Notes: generated by a model not told the origin, from the letters alone. Positions 1-10,400 are shown, counted from the stretch's first letter. The stretch: 64,000 nucleotides of DNA from an uncultured Pseudomonadota bacterium (GCA_963736005.1 CAVTNB010000001.1:1440001-1504000), one strand, 5' to 3'. Program-made: numbers and translations.

Positions 1-1197
1 AGCATAACGTGGTAGGGTGTGCGCGGGTCAATGGTCTGTGCAAAGGCCGAATCGAGGGGCACTGTCGCTGCGCCATTGACCAGTTGGGCTGACCCTGTAT
101 CTTCAACCGTTGGTGATGTGGATTTCGATCCGTAGGCCGCCGCAACGAATCCACCTCGAGTAGCAATGAACGTGTTGTAAGTTCCGTGGATGAAGAGATT
201 CCCGGCACCATCAACGTAGAACAGATCGTTTCCGTTCTGGTCGGTCGCCACAATCGGAAAACCGCCCGACGCCGGCGCCCGGCCAATGACGCCGATGTAA
301 CTTCCGGTGACGTCCGCACCATTGCCACTGCTATTTGTGCCAACTATTGCGACACCACCGGCTGAGGCTGCGTAGACTCCGAATCCGGTGGTTGACTCGC
401 CGGCAACGCCATCGCTGTCGAGGAAGAGCCTTCAACGCCAACGGAGCTCGTCGACTCGCCTCTGACGCCAACCTGACCTCCGCTGTTTGAGATGCCCAAA
501 ACACCAAATTGACCGTCGGTATCACCCTGGCCAAAGATTCCTGCCGTGGAATTCCCGCCGGCGTAGCCCACAACGCCATAAAGGCCAGACGTAGTTACGC
601 CTTCGACGCCGTTGTTGAACGAGCTTGACGAAACGGTGTCGAATCCCTCGATCGCCGCACCGCCGCTGTCAATGTTGTTGAGGAGCGAGGTCACGCCGTT
701 GCCTTCAGGCGCGTCGGAAAGACGCACATCATAATTTCCAACTCCGTCCAAAGAACGCAGCGATAAGAAAACTCGCCGATAGACTTTGCGCCAAGACGCC
801 TTCCCCGTTTTGGGAAAAACCTTCCAAACCAACGCTTGGTGCGCCGGTCGTGGCGTTAGCGTTACCAATCAGCGCCGTCGAGCCGGGTCCATCCACTGAG
901 CCATTGACGCCCACCGTTGCGTGCGTCGTGCTTGTGCCGAAGCCATTCAGGGCTATTGAGCCAGCTGCAGCTCCAGTGTTCGTTACACCCTCAACACCGA
1001 TCCCACTCCCGTCTTGAACGCCCTCGATGATCGGACCGGAAGTTGTTGACTCGTAGTTAATCGTTCCCAAAAGTGTCGCGATGAAAATGCGTCGCTGCGG
1101 CCGTCAATGACGCGCTCGCAGCCAGAATCGTCAGCGTTGCAACGATTCCCGCCGTAAAAGGTCGGGTCTCGGCGAAACGCCGGATGCTAAATTTCAT
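1..1197 (-). CDS. Secreted Gly-rich repeat protein with a C-terminal region resembling phage tail-fibre/chaperone-type domains; frameshifted; 3' end runs off the window
   Basis: ATG at 1197 with RBS GAAAGGAG, signal-like MKFSIRRFAETRPFTAGIVATLTILAA. GVxGxS-type repeats continue across ORFs 729..1070 and 344..868 and end in VEDTGSAQLVNGAATVPLDSAFAQTIDPRTPYHVML. Several indels. Confidence 0.6.
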
Positions 1198-1361
1198 AAA
1201 CACTGCTCCTTTCGAAAGCAGGCGCAGCCCGCAGCCACATGAGACAGCGCGCTTTCGCGAACGTACGTTCGCTAGGGCAGATATCCCTCTTATCGTCCCT
1301 CAGGCAAACTGAAGTGTGAGCGGTCGCGCTCTATTGCTTCCAAGAGTGTCACTAAGCGGCA

Positions 1362-2352
1362 TTAGACAATATCAACCGGCATGTCGCGCTTCAGACATGC
1401 AAAGTCAATGCCAAGTGCGCAGCTTGTGTTGCGCAACCGTGGATCAAAGCACGCCGGGCAAGGTGATGGCCGAAAGCGCACAGCCCACGTACCAAACGGT
1501 CCGCCCTCGACGGGCGTAGGACCGTGCAGCGCCAGAACCGGCGTTCCAACTGCGCCAGCCAAGTGACCAATCCCCGAGTCGTTTGTTACCGCGGCCGTGA
1601 CACGCGACAAAAACCGAGCTACCTCCGGCCAATGACCCTCAAACAAATTTGACCCTTCGACTTGCACCACCAATTTGCACGTCGATTCGCGTCGTCGGGA
1701 CCAGCGATGAAGTGGACGGCGTATCCTCGTGCGATCATGCGGGAGGCGAGTTGCGAGAAACGCTCTTTGGCCAGCGCTTGGCTTCAAGACCATGATGAGT
1801 GACAGTGCCGATGTGAAATGCGAGCAGACCTGGTTCTCGCGCGCGCTGTCTCCAACTAGGCGGCACGAGGTACTCCGGAGACGGCCCGGACTTGACGCCA
1901 ATTGCCCGTAAAAGATCGAGATTGCGCAGCACGTTATCAGTCTCGCCCGATACAGGCACGAGCACCGTGTTCAGCCCTAACAGATTGGTGAACGTTGGTC
2001 GCCAGTAGGCATGCGCCACGCGCACGCGTGCGCCGAAAACCCAACTCAGCATTTGGTACTCGGGGCGGCTCGCGGGATAGGCGAGAAACGATGCGTCATA
2101 CCGCCGCTTCCGCGCGTGTTGCACAATGGATGCTAGGAATGGACCGAGGCCACCCTGCCAGTACGGCAAATAAATCACGCGGTCGACAACGTCAGTCAAG
2201 CCTTCAAAGAGCTCGCGTGGTCCCGGCCGAAGGACGGCCACGTCGACAGCGGCCCCCGCATCCTTTAACGCGGCAATCAGTGGCGTCGCTTCGAGCGCAT
2301 CACCCAAACCTTGTGGGGCAATGACAAGACACCGGCCCAAGCCGGCGATCAT
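1362..2352 (-). CDS. Glycosyltransferase family 9 (heptosyltransferase-like), frameshifted
   Basis: GLGDALEATPLIAALK, KRWP and VTNDSGIGHLAGAVGTPVLALHGPT motifs are split over ORFs 1735..2448 and 1362..1901. ATGA overlap with the upstream gene. Confidence 0.8.
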
Positions 2353-3666
2353 GCGTTGAGAATCGAGCTCGCCGGTGATGTTCCCACGGGAAGCGCGCTC
2401 GCGACGAACACTGACTGGCGGCCGTCTGCGTGCGTGAGCAACGACCACGTCCCGTCACGCTGGAGAACGAAGTGTGCGTGATATGCTGCGATCGCGTTAA
2501 ACAATGCCCGCTCGAGCATCGTCGCATCGAGAGGAGCCGCATTGAGCCGGATTGCCCGCCCGTACACGGGCGAAGCACCGCGCATTCCAGGCGCAATGAC
2601 AACCTTCGGCTTCATGGAAAAGAGAGGGGTCCAATAGTAGCGCTTTCGGCACACTTCTACGACACAGTCAAACCTGTCGCGGTAGTCTCGCAAATACGTC
2701 GACGCGAGCGAACGAGTGCGGCGCTCGTAGCGCAGAGTGCTCTGCTCAGCAAACGACTCCGCCAGCGCGGGCGGAAGCGAATAACTCCACACCGCGGACC
2801 ATTCAGATTGTGCGAGTTCGGAGACAGCGGACTGTACGCTTCGCTCTAGCGGTGAGGCCTGTGCGCTGAGCGGATGCGCATCCGAGACAACCAACACCCG
2901 CAACGCCCGTCTGCAGCGAATAATTTCCAGCTGTCCTAGCCGGTCGAGCCAAGGCACGAGGACGCGAAGCGGCGAGTATTTTAAACGGAGCCTTAACATC
3001 GCGGTGAGCATGCGAGGCACGGCAATCCAAACATTCACCTTCGAACCGCTGCAGTCGCGCCAAACGATCGGAGCCTCAACAATAGTCCGCCCGTGGCGCA
3101 TGAGCTGGAACAACAGGTCAACATCAAACGCAAACCCTGCGGTTTCCAGATCATCGAGAATGCCTTCGAGCGCGGCTCTGCGTACGAATTTGCGCCACAC
3201 TGCGTGTCGGTAAAATGCAATCCGAACAGCAGGCGTACGAGCAAGTTGAACCCGCGTCCCATGAATCTGCGCCAGCGGCTTTGCGCGACCTGCACTACGG
3301 CGCCTGATCCCCAGCGCGTTGCGACGACGCAGTCGGCATTCCCCATCGATTGGTAGAGCCGTTTCACTTCAGCACCTGGAGTTGCACCGTCCGCGTCGAC
3401 GAACGCGACCACATCGCCGCGCGCTATTTGAAAACCGAGGCGAACGGCGCCACCTTTGCCGATCCGCGCGCCCACATCGAGCACTTGCATCAGCAGATCG
3501 GAGCGTGCGATCTCAGTGGCGATAGCGACCGTTGCATCGCTGCACGAGTTGGCCACGACAATAATCTCGGCACCCGACAGTTGCTCTCGCAGGTCTGCCA
3601 GGGTGCGCGCAAGACGCTCTTCCTCATTGTGTGCAGGAACACAACGGTAAGGTGGGGAGCGGACAC
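2349..3666 (-). CDS. Glycosyltransferase family 2 (DPM/DPG synthase-like) with C-terminal extension, frameshifted
   Basis: GTG at 3666 after GGAGG. PAHNEEERL, GKGGAVRLG, FVDADGAT, DTQCG and GFAFDVDLL motifs across ORFs 3035..3556 and 2349..3200. Confidence 0.8.
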
Positions 3667-3759
3667 GAGACCTCCGTCACACTGGTGCAGTCTAGCCTTT
3701 TTGCCTGCAGGCTCTGTCGCCTTCAGACACTTGCTTGGTGTCCCAAAGCGAAATCGCCC

Positions 3760-4548
3760 TCAGGGTAAGTCCGCCCAGCGGTAAACGGTCACGTTGATGA
3801 CTCTTACATCGCCACCCGGCACCAAGAGATCTCGAGCTTGACGCTGTAGACCCGCGCGATCTCGCTCGACGGTGTTCCAAGTCCCCCTCGTAAACAAGAA
3901 GTGAATCTCGGTCCCGCGTTGCAGTTCCATTTCGATTTGGAAATGGAGCCCATCGAGTCGCTGCATTTTCACCGCCTGCGGATTCCAACCGCTCGTATCG
4001 GTGGACATGTAGACATCGTCGCCCAACGGGGTGTTTGCGGGTACCGAGACCACGATCGTCACGCCCACCGTAGCGGAGAACCCTTTGGTGTACGCAACGG
4101 CAGGTGGCGCTAAATCCGGGTTCGGCTTCGGAGATGATGCCACAACAACGTAGCGACGCGGAATCTGCGCCGCAGGTGTGCCTTGCGCTAAGGGTCGCAA
4201 CGACGTGCGCAAGGCCACCACCTGGCCGCTTTGCGAATCGAGCGTTGCCACTGCGTACACGCCGGGATCCAAGGCGTAGGAAGGCACGGTCCCGGTTGCG
4301 TCGTCCGTAATCGTTGCTTGGGGTGAGAGTTTGAACGCATCACCGCTCGAGAACACAACATAGCCACGCTCGAGATCGATGATCTGTCCGTTGACCAATA
4401 ACGGCAACGGCGTCGGGGAGGGTGCAACGACGTCAGGCGGCGGCGTCTGCACGCTCGGCGTTGGGCTAGGATCTGAAAGCGACGCGCCACAACACGCACC
4501 GATCAACGCGATGCACGCGAACGCAACCAGGCTAAGGCGCTTGGCCAT
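3760..4548 (-). CDS. Exported protein with C-terminal CBM20/starch-binding-like domain
   Basis: Signal peptide, Pro-rich linker, then VSVPANTPLGDDVYMS..SGWNP..FTRGTWNTVE..VYRWAD. Confidence 0.65.
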   Translation of the reverse strand: MAKRLSLVAFACIALIGACCGASLSDPSPTPSVQTPPPDVVAPSPTPLPLLVNGQIIDLERGYVVFSSGDAFKLSPQATITDDATGTVPSYALDPGVYAVATLDSQSGQVVALRTSLRPLAQGTPAAQIPRRYVVVASSPKPNPDLAPPAVAYTKGFSATVGVTIVVSVPANTPLGDDVYMSTDTSGWNPQAVKMQRLDGLHFQIEMELQRGTEIHFLFTRGTWNTVERDRAGLQRQARDLLVPGGDVRVINVTVYRWADLP

Positions 4549-4553
4549 GCCGA

Positions 4554-6353
4554 TCACTGCGCCGACACCTGCAGCGAAAATGTCGGCGACCACACCTGAT
4601 TGGCCCAGTTAAAATAGTACGCGCGCCCGATGTCCAAGAATAAGGTCTTCGATATCTTCATGCGGGCATCCGCGATCGCTTGATATTGTGCAGGTCCGGC
4701 CACGAACGGCTCTTGCACTGGCGTGTACCAATTCCGTAGCGCGGTCAAGGTGAACTGAAAGTATGGCGAGGGCGCGTCCGCGGCGGTCACGATCAACGCG
4801 GTGTTCGTGGCGTGCGTGAACTCAGTCGCGACGCCGCCGAGGAGCGGCAACCCGTTGGGAGAGAGGGGCTCCGGCACAAGGCCCGTCGATGTATTCGGAG
4901 AGGCGACGAGCTCGGCGAGCCGTTGGGTGTTCGCGGATTGCAGTTGCAGCGATCCGGTCAGGAAGACTTTTGAGAAGCGCTTGCTGTCGGAGACGATGGC
5001 CGTCTGGAAATCGGCGCTGTTGGGAAAGCTCAACCACACATGACGTTCTTCGTACGAGCCGTTAAGCGAGGTCCCGAATGGCCCAGGATAGACTGGCGAG
5101 GACAGCAGTGCGTCGACATAGACAGACTGCGCGTCGTGAGTCGTCGTACCTGACACGCCGAAGGCATCGTGCGTCGTGCTGACGCCGGAGAGCAGCCGAA
5201 ATGTGAAGCCTGAGGTTCCGACCCCTTGTGCATAGCCAGCCCACGAGACAGCCGCGGTCAACGGGTGGTTTGGCGTAAACGGGTGGCTCGGGTTTCCATA
5301 GTAGCCGAGCGCGGTCGGCGCAAGCAAACTATCGTAGGACTGAGCGACTTCGAGCTTGAGTGCGGATTGCCGGAGCGCCTTTGTGTATTGAACATCGGCA
5401 AAGCCATTCGATGAAAGAGGCTGACTCAAACCAGATTGGTAGGTAAAAAGTTGCGAGTCCAAGGTGAGCGCGGCAGCCGGTCCAGCCGGCACGTAGGCCA
5501 GAAAGTTCCATTGCTTTGGTTGCTGCGTCGCGGGATTCAAACTGAAAACAGCATAGCCCAAACCACCGAACACCGAATGATGCTCGAACGAGAAATAGGT
5601 TTTGAGCACCGGGTCATAGCGAAAGTGCACCGCATCGAGCGAGGCTGACGAGCCAGCGATTCCATAGGGCAAGTCAAACGAAGCGCCGGACAACGAATTG
5701 ACGGCGAAGTTCGGATTCTGTGAATAGTTGCGCACGTACCTAGGGAGCGGTGGCGTGGCAAGCGCGCCTCGGGCCGCGACAAAAACGACGTGCGAAAAGC
5801 TCACATAGTTGTCCGGGTCGATGACGACCGCCGTCGCCCGGATGAATGGTGCGGTGCCCTGCGTGTCCGCCAAGAAGAAGGTATCGCCTGGCATTTCGCG
5901 ACCCAACTCTGGGTGCGCCCAATCGTCGTTCAAGAAAGTCCACCGATCGGGCACATCGGTGAGCGGGATGAAATACGCCCGGTGAAAGGGCAGAAAATCG
6001 GCGAAGGCTGCACCAACATAAGACGCGCCAGGGGTGCTGAGGTGGACATGGCCTGCGACGACGAATCGCCGGAGGCCCAAGTCGACCGAACATGCATCAC
6101 CATCGACGGCAACTCCATTCGAGAGGGAAACGCGAACGTTGCCTCGCGCAACTATCAACCCTTCGTCGGCGAAATACTCCACACGGCGGGCATCGATCGT
6201 TACCTTAAGACCGGATGGCGAGGGCTTCTCGTCGGCTAGCGCCGTTGCAAACGTCGCGAGCAAAGTCGCGACGCTCGTCAGCACTGCCACCGCGATATAA
6301 CGCGCGCGACGACTCACATTCGATCGGCTATGGCTTGGGTGAGCCGGTGACAT
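4554..6353 (-). CDS. Putative outer-membrane protein with OstA/LptD-like N-terminus
   Basis: Signal peptide, IDARRVEYFADEGLIVARGNVRV (OstA-like), beta-strand-rich C-terminal half; 599 aa. Confidence 0.5.
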   Translation of the reverse strand: MSPAHPSHSRSNVSRRARYIAVAVLTSVATLLATFATALADEKPSPSGLKVTIDARRVEYFADEGLIVARGNVRVSLSNGVAVDGDACSVDLGLRRFVVAGHVHLSTPGASYVGAAFADFLPFHRAYFIPLTDVPDRWTFLNDDWAHPELGREMPGDTFFLADTQGTAPFIRATAVVIDPDNYVSFSHVVFVAARGALATPPLPRYVRNYSQNPNFAVNSLSGASFDLPYGIAGSSASLDAVHFRYDPVLKTYFSFEHHSVFGGLGYAVFSLNPATQQPKQWNFLAYVPAGPAAALTLDSQLFTYQSGLSQPLSSNGFADVQYTKALRQSALKLEVAQSYDSLLAPTALGYYGNPSHPFTPNHPLTAAVSWAGYAQGVGTSGFTFRLLSGVSTTHDAFGVSGTTTHDAQSVYVDALLSSPVYPGPFGTSLNGSYEERHVWLSFPNSADFQTAIVSDSKRFSKVFLTGSLQLQSANTQRLAELVASPNTSTGLVPEPLSPNGLPLLGGVATEFTHATNTALIVTAADAPSPYFQFTLTALRNWYTPVQEPFVAGPAQYQAIADARMKISKTLFLDIGRAYYFNWANQVWSPTFSLQVSAQ

Positions 6354-7746
6354 TGACCGGCGTTCTTTCTAACGGTCGCCTGGCGCGGGCTTCCGGGTGC
6401 AGTCTGCCGTTGCCAGACAAGACTTCCTCACCGTGACGATAGGTGCACGTACCGGCTCCTAAGAGCAGCCAGCATAGGCTTGCAACTTTGGGGAAGAAAA
6501 ACAGATCGTCGACGAGTTGGTGCGCGAGCAAACTCGTCAACGCCAAGAACGCCGCAAGGGCGAGCGGCGACTGCGCGCGCAGGGCAAAGGTCTCGCGCAG
6601 GGCGACGATGCCGAACGCGAGCAACGCCAAGAAACCAACCACGCCTTGTTCGGCCAGAGTTTGAAGCCACAGACTTCCGGCATGCGTTTCGATGCCGTGC
6701 AAGCCAACGGTTGGCAAGAGCAGTTGGTAGTTGCCGGCGCCGACGCCGAGCAGTGGATGCGTCAAGAACAGTTTAAGCGCGGCCGGCCAGAGTTGCTCCC
6801 GAGTCCCCACTCCTCCAGGATTCCCAGGAATGTCGAAATAGGCCAGATGTGAAAGGTCTGCGATCGTTGCATGGGCCCACAAAACCGCCCACGCGCCGAT
6901 AGCAACGATGCCAACGCCAGCACCGACCAGCATAGGGACGAGTGAAGCGCGAGCGAGCGGTCGACGCAGGTAGTAGAGTAAAACGAGACTCGCGCCGGCC
7001 ACGACAACGCCCGCGCGGGAGAGGGTGAGGATCATCGCAGCAGACGACGTTGCCGTGACATACTGCTGCACGGGTTTCGAGTACGAGGCGAACGCAGGCC
7101 AGACCCACAGAATCGGCAGTGCCGCTTCGAGGAAACCAGCGAGTTGATTCGGTCCTTCAAGCGTTCCAGCCGCGCGTTGCAATGGATGCCCGTTAATCCA
7201 GATGCCGGATGGAGCGCCACCGATCATGCCTTGAAAGAGCGCGAGCACCGAAACAATCGCCGTAGATGCGACCACACCGGTGACGAGATAGGTCGGCGAT
7301 CGCTCGCTTCGCTCGATGAACGTTGCGGCACACCAGAATAACAGCAGGTACTCGAGCTGTTTGAAGAATTCGCGGGCGACGGGCCCGCTATACGTTGCGT
7401 TGAAACCCGACAACGCGATCGTCAAAACGATAACGCCACCCGCGAGCAGCACTCGCTGCCCCGCGCGCGAGCGCGGCCACAGCGGTGCCCCACCGATGAG
7501 CAATCCCAGCGTTGACCCAAGCGCAATGCATTTCTCAATGGTAATGGTCGTGTTCCCAACGTCGCGGTATGCGGCGAATGGCACGCCGAAGGCAAGCAGC
7601 ATGGCACCGATCGGTGACTTCTTGTACCCAAGATATGCCGCGGCGGCGGCGAGGGCGAGAAACCCGACCGCCGCCGCGGGGTCAAGCGCGACTCGTTGTA
7701 TGCTCTGATCGATAACCGGCGGCAGCAGCGGCAGGCTTGCGATCAC
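6328..7746 (-). CDS. O-antigen ligase/Wzy_C family membrane protein
   Basis: RAAGTLEGPNQLAG, LTLSRAG, HPLLGVGAGNY, HAGSLWLQTLAEQGVVG; multiple TM segments. GTGA overlap suggests start at 7746. Confidence 0.8.
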   Translation of the reverse strand: MIASLPLLPPVIDQSIQRVALDPAAAVGFLALAAAAAYLGYKKSPIGAMLLAFGVPFAAYRDVGNTTITIEKCIALGSTLGLLIGGAPLWPRSRAGQRVLLAGGVIVLTIALSGFNATYSGPVAREFFKQLEYLLLFWCAATFIERSERSPTYLVTGVVASTAIVSVLALFQGMIGGAPSGIWINGHPLQRAAGTLEGPNQLAGFLEAALPILWVWPAFASYSKPVQQYVTATSSAAMILTLSRAGVVVAGASLVLLYYLRRPLARASLVPMLVGAGVGIVAIGAWAVLWAHATIADLSHLAYFDIPGNPGGVGTREQLWPAALKLFLTHPLLGVGAGNYQLLLPTVGLHGIETHAGSLWLQTLAEQGVVGFLALLAFGIVALRETFALRAQSPLALAAFLALTSLLAHQLVDDLFFFPKVASLCWLLLGAGTCTYRHGEEVLSGNGRLHPEARARRPLERTPVNVTGSPKP

Positions 7747-8447
7747 CAAGCCCCTTCCCGTCGGACGACTGCCGGGAGGGTTTGCAGCAAGATCCAGGCG
7801 TCGACGAGAGGTGACCAGTTTCGCGCGTACCAAACATCCATCGCCATCCAGCGCTGGAAAGCGACGCTCGCGCGCCCGCTCACTTGCCACAAACCCGTCA
7901 TCCCCGGTGAGACGGTGAGCCGCTGGTAATAGTGCGGCGTATAATTTTCGACTTCGTGAGGCAATGCCGGGCGCGGGCCAACGAGACTCATGTCGCCGCA
8001 TACGACGTTCCAGAGTTGAGGTAATTCATCAAGACTGGTTCGACGCAAGAAAGCTCCGACGGGATGGAGCCGCGGATCGTTCGCTATTTTCAGCGCTGGT
8101 CCATCAGCCTCGTTGAGGTGCGCAATGTGCTTGTGCATGAGATGCGCACCGTCGACCATCGTGCGGAACTTGTACATCGCGAAAAGCCGACCACTCTTCC
8201 CCACGCGCTCTTGCACGAAGAGCACCGGGCCGGGAGAGACGATCTTGATGACCGCGGCGATGAGAAGCCACAGCGGCAAGCTGACAAACAGGAGCGCGGC
8301 CCCTAAGAGGAGATCACCTGTGCGCTTGATGAGCACCCAGGGGAGCGGCTTTTGTACACGGGCACTGCGCCAGTAGCTCACGCTCTCGGCCTGGCTCCAT
8401 CGCCTGCGACGAGCGGCTGGCGCGCGCGGTAACGCAGTTGCGATCAT
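7743..8447 (-). CDS. Bacterial sugar transferase (undecaprenyl-phosphate glycosylphosphotransferase)
   Basis: KFRTM, LRRTSLDELPQLWNV..GDMSLVGPRP, PGMTGLWQVSGR. Confidence 0.92.
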   Translation of the reverse strand: MIATALPRAPAARRRRWSQAESVSYWRSARVQKPLPWVLIKRTGDLLLGAALLFVSLPLWLLIAAVIKIVSPGPVLFVQERVGKSGRLFAMYKFRTMVDGAHLMHKHIAHLNEADGPALKIANDPRLHPVGAFLRRTSLDELPQLWNVVCGDMSLVGPRPALPHEVENYTPHYYQRLTVSPGMTGLWQVSGRASVAFQRWMAMDVWYARNWSPLVDAWILLQTLPAVVRREGAW

Positions 8448-9598
8448 ACGCTCAAAGCCTCGGGTTGGGCAACACCAAATGTCTCCAATATTCGGGCGCC
8501 GACTTGCGAAAAGGAATCAAGCGAACCCAATCCACGACCTTCGCTGCCTGGACGATAGTCCAAAAGGGGAACAAACTCCCGCGTGTGATCGCTGCCTGGC
8601 GCCGTTGGATCGCAGCCGTGGTCCGCGGTGACGATAAGACGATCTCCATCGCCGAGCTTGTTCAACATGTCGGGCAGCTCTCTATCAAGCTGGATGAGCG
8701 CCTTGGCATAGCCATCGGCGTCCCGCCGGTGCCCATACTTAGAATCAAAATCGTTCAGATTCGTAAAGCAAAAGCCGCCTATAGGCCGCTCCAACCATTC
8801 GACAGTCCTTCGAACTGCCTCATTATTATCGACCACGCGCCAGCTCTGCGCGATGCCCTTGCCGCAGTAGATGTCGTTAATCTTCCCAATGCCGCTCGTC
8901 GGAACGCCAGCGTTCTGGAGAACTTCTAGCATGCTGGGGGACGGGGGCTCGACGGCAAAGTCGCGACGACCGGACGTGCGATACAGAGCGCCGGGTTTCC
9001 CAGCAAACGGCCGAGCGATAACCCGGTTGACCTGATGGGGCGGTACAAGCATCGCTCGCGCCTTTGCGCACCACTCCCAAAGCGTTTCCACCGGCACGAT
9101 ATCCTCGTGAGCCGCCACCTGAAAAACAGAATCGGCGGACGTATAGACGATGGGGTAGCCTGTTCGCAAATGCTCTCTGCAGAGGCGCTCGATGATTTCC
9201 GTTCCCGAGGCCGCGACATTGCCGAGCGTCTTGCGACCGATGAGTTCTTCGAAACCGCCGATGACCGCGGGCGGAAAGCCATTCGGATAGGTTGGGAATG
9301 CGTGACGCACCGTAATGCCCATCATCTCCCAGTGGCCAGTGACGCTATCCTTACCGTTGCTTGATTCGCGCAGCCGCCCCCAAGACGCAACAGGGTTGGA
9401 CACAGTCGCAACTCCCTTGATGGCTGTGATGTTTCCGAACCCGAGTCGCTCGAAGTTTGGCAAACGCAGGCCGCCAACCGCTTTCGCCGTGTTGCCGATC
9501 GAGTTGAAAGAGGAGAGGTCCGAGTAGGCGGCAGCATCTTCGCTTGCACCAACCCCACCACCGTCGACGACAAGAACAATCGCTTTCGATTGCTTCAT
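8444..9598 (-). CDS. deoB: Phosphopentomutase
   Basis: GKDSVTGHWEMMG, YTSADSVFQVAAHE, RVIARPF, FDSKYGHRRD, TADHGCDPT..DHTRE. Confidence 0.95.
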   Translation of the reverse strand: MKQSKAIVLVVDGGGVGASEDAAAYSDLSSFNSIGNTAKAVGGLRLPNFERLGFGNITAIKGVATVSNPVASWGRLRESSNGKDSVTGHWEMMGITVRHAFPTYPNGFPPAVIGGFEELIGRKTLGNVAASGTEIIERLCREHLRTGYPIVYTSADSVFQVAAHEDIVPVETLWEWCAKARAMLVPPHQVNRVIARPFAGKPGALYRTSGRRDFAVEPPSPSMLEVLQNAGVPTSGIGKINDIYCGKGIAQSWRVVDNNEAVRRTVEWLERPIGGFCFTNLNDFDSKYGHRRDADGYAKALIQLDRELPDMLNKLGDGDRLIVTADHGCDPTAPGSDHTREFVPLLDYRPGSEGRGLGSLDSFSQVGARILETFGVAQPEALSV

Positions 9599-10281
9599 TA
9601 GTAGTCGACATCGACCGGAACGACCCGTTGCGCAGTTGCGCCATCAGCCCGGATCGCGGTCACGACTATCTCGAATTGATGCGTAGGAAGTAAACTCGGT
9701 ACGGTGATGGAGAGTGCAAAGGTCCCTGGCGCAACTTTCGGCACGTTGACTTGGTACGTGCCAATGCGCGCCGTGAGGGCCGCTGCGTTGCTGGTCGTGA
9801 GAATGCGCGCCGAGGCGACGTCGCCTGCGTGAACATGGTCGGGCGAGAATGTGACAGACTGGATTTGCACGGGATCGGTGGGCGTCGCGTAGGGAACTCC
9901 TGGCGGAAGATCGGGATGAGCTGAGCGAATCTGAAGGTTCGCTGCTACATTAGGACTCGAGGGGACCATAAGCGTCGGGTAAGACGTTGGCGCCGAGCGG
10001 ACCTGAGGGCCCACGGTTGCAGTCGGCGTCGAGCGGACCTGAAGGTCCGCTGCTACATTCGGGCTCGAACGGGCCGGAAAGTTTGGTGCGGCGCTGGGTT
10101 TCAAGTGGACTTGAAGGGGCGCTGCTGCACGCGGGCTTGAGCGGACCTGAAGGTCCGCTGCTACATTTGGGCTTGAAACGGGATGCGGATGTGAATGCGG
10201 ACGAACAAACAGCACCACCGCGAGCAGCGCCGCCACCACAAGGGCTACGTACATCACGGATCTTCTCGATGAAAGCAGCAC
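9598..10281 (-). CDS. Membrane-anchored hypothetical protein with a linker built from REP-derived 12-aa repeats and a C-terminal beta-rich domain
   Basis: N-terminal TM segment, repeats of SSPNVAADLQVR; the stop overlaps the deoB start (TAATG). Confidence 0.75.
   Translation of the reverse strand: MLLSSRRSVMYVALVVAALLAVVLFVRPHSHPHPVSSPNVAADLQVRSSPRAAAPLQVHLKPSAAPNFPARSSPNVAADLQVRSTPTATVGPQVRSAPTSYPTLMVPSSPNVAANLQIRSAHPDLPPGVPYATPTDPVQIQSVTFSPDHVHAGDVASARILTTSNAAALTARIGTYQVNVPKVAPGTFALSITVPSLLPTHQFEIVVTAIRADGATAQRVVPVDVDY
9923..10166 (-). repeat. 36-bp tandem array (7 units, 108-bp higher-order period) of REP family A inside a CDS
   Basis: GAGCGGACCTGAAGGTCCGCTGCTACAT at 10031 and 10139, a variant at 9923, degenerate units at 9959, 9995, 10067 and 10103. 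Confidence 0.9.
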
Positions 10282-10376
10282 TGCGTCCGTAATCCTGTTT
10301 GGCTAGGTGTTTTACCTCGTTTTCGGCAGGCAAAGGCGGCGCAGATAAAATAGAATGAAACAAATCACAGCTAGCA

Positions 10377-10400
10377 GGCCGGGTCGCGCGCGACCCGGCC
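10377..10400. repeat. Perfect 24-bp palindrome preceded by CTAG; possible fifth REP-like family
   Basis: CTAGCA-GGCCGGGTCGCGCGCGACCCGGCC; a similar hairpin lies at 14818..14838. Confidence 0.6.

Noticed and set aside
1200..1360. Riboswitch upstream of the fibre-like gene
   Set aside because: Only a 16-bp palindrome (GCGAACGTACGTTCGC) and an isolated GGCAAAC on the opposite strand; no complete aptamer is recognisable.
9923..10166. CRISPR array (palindromic 28-bp repeat at regular spacing)
   Set aside because: The intervening sequences are degenerate copies of the repeat itself, the array lies in frame in a CDS, the same element is dispersed elsewhere, and there are no cas genes.
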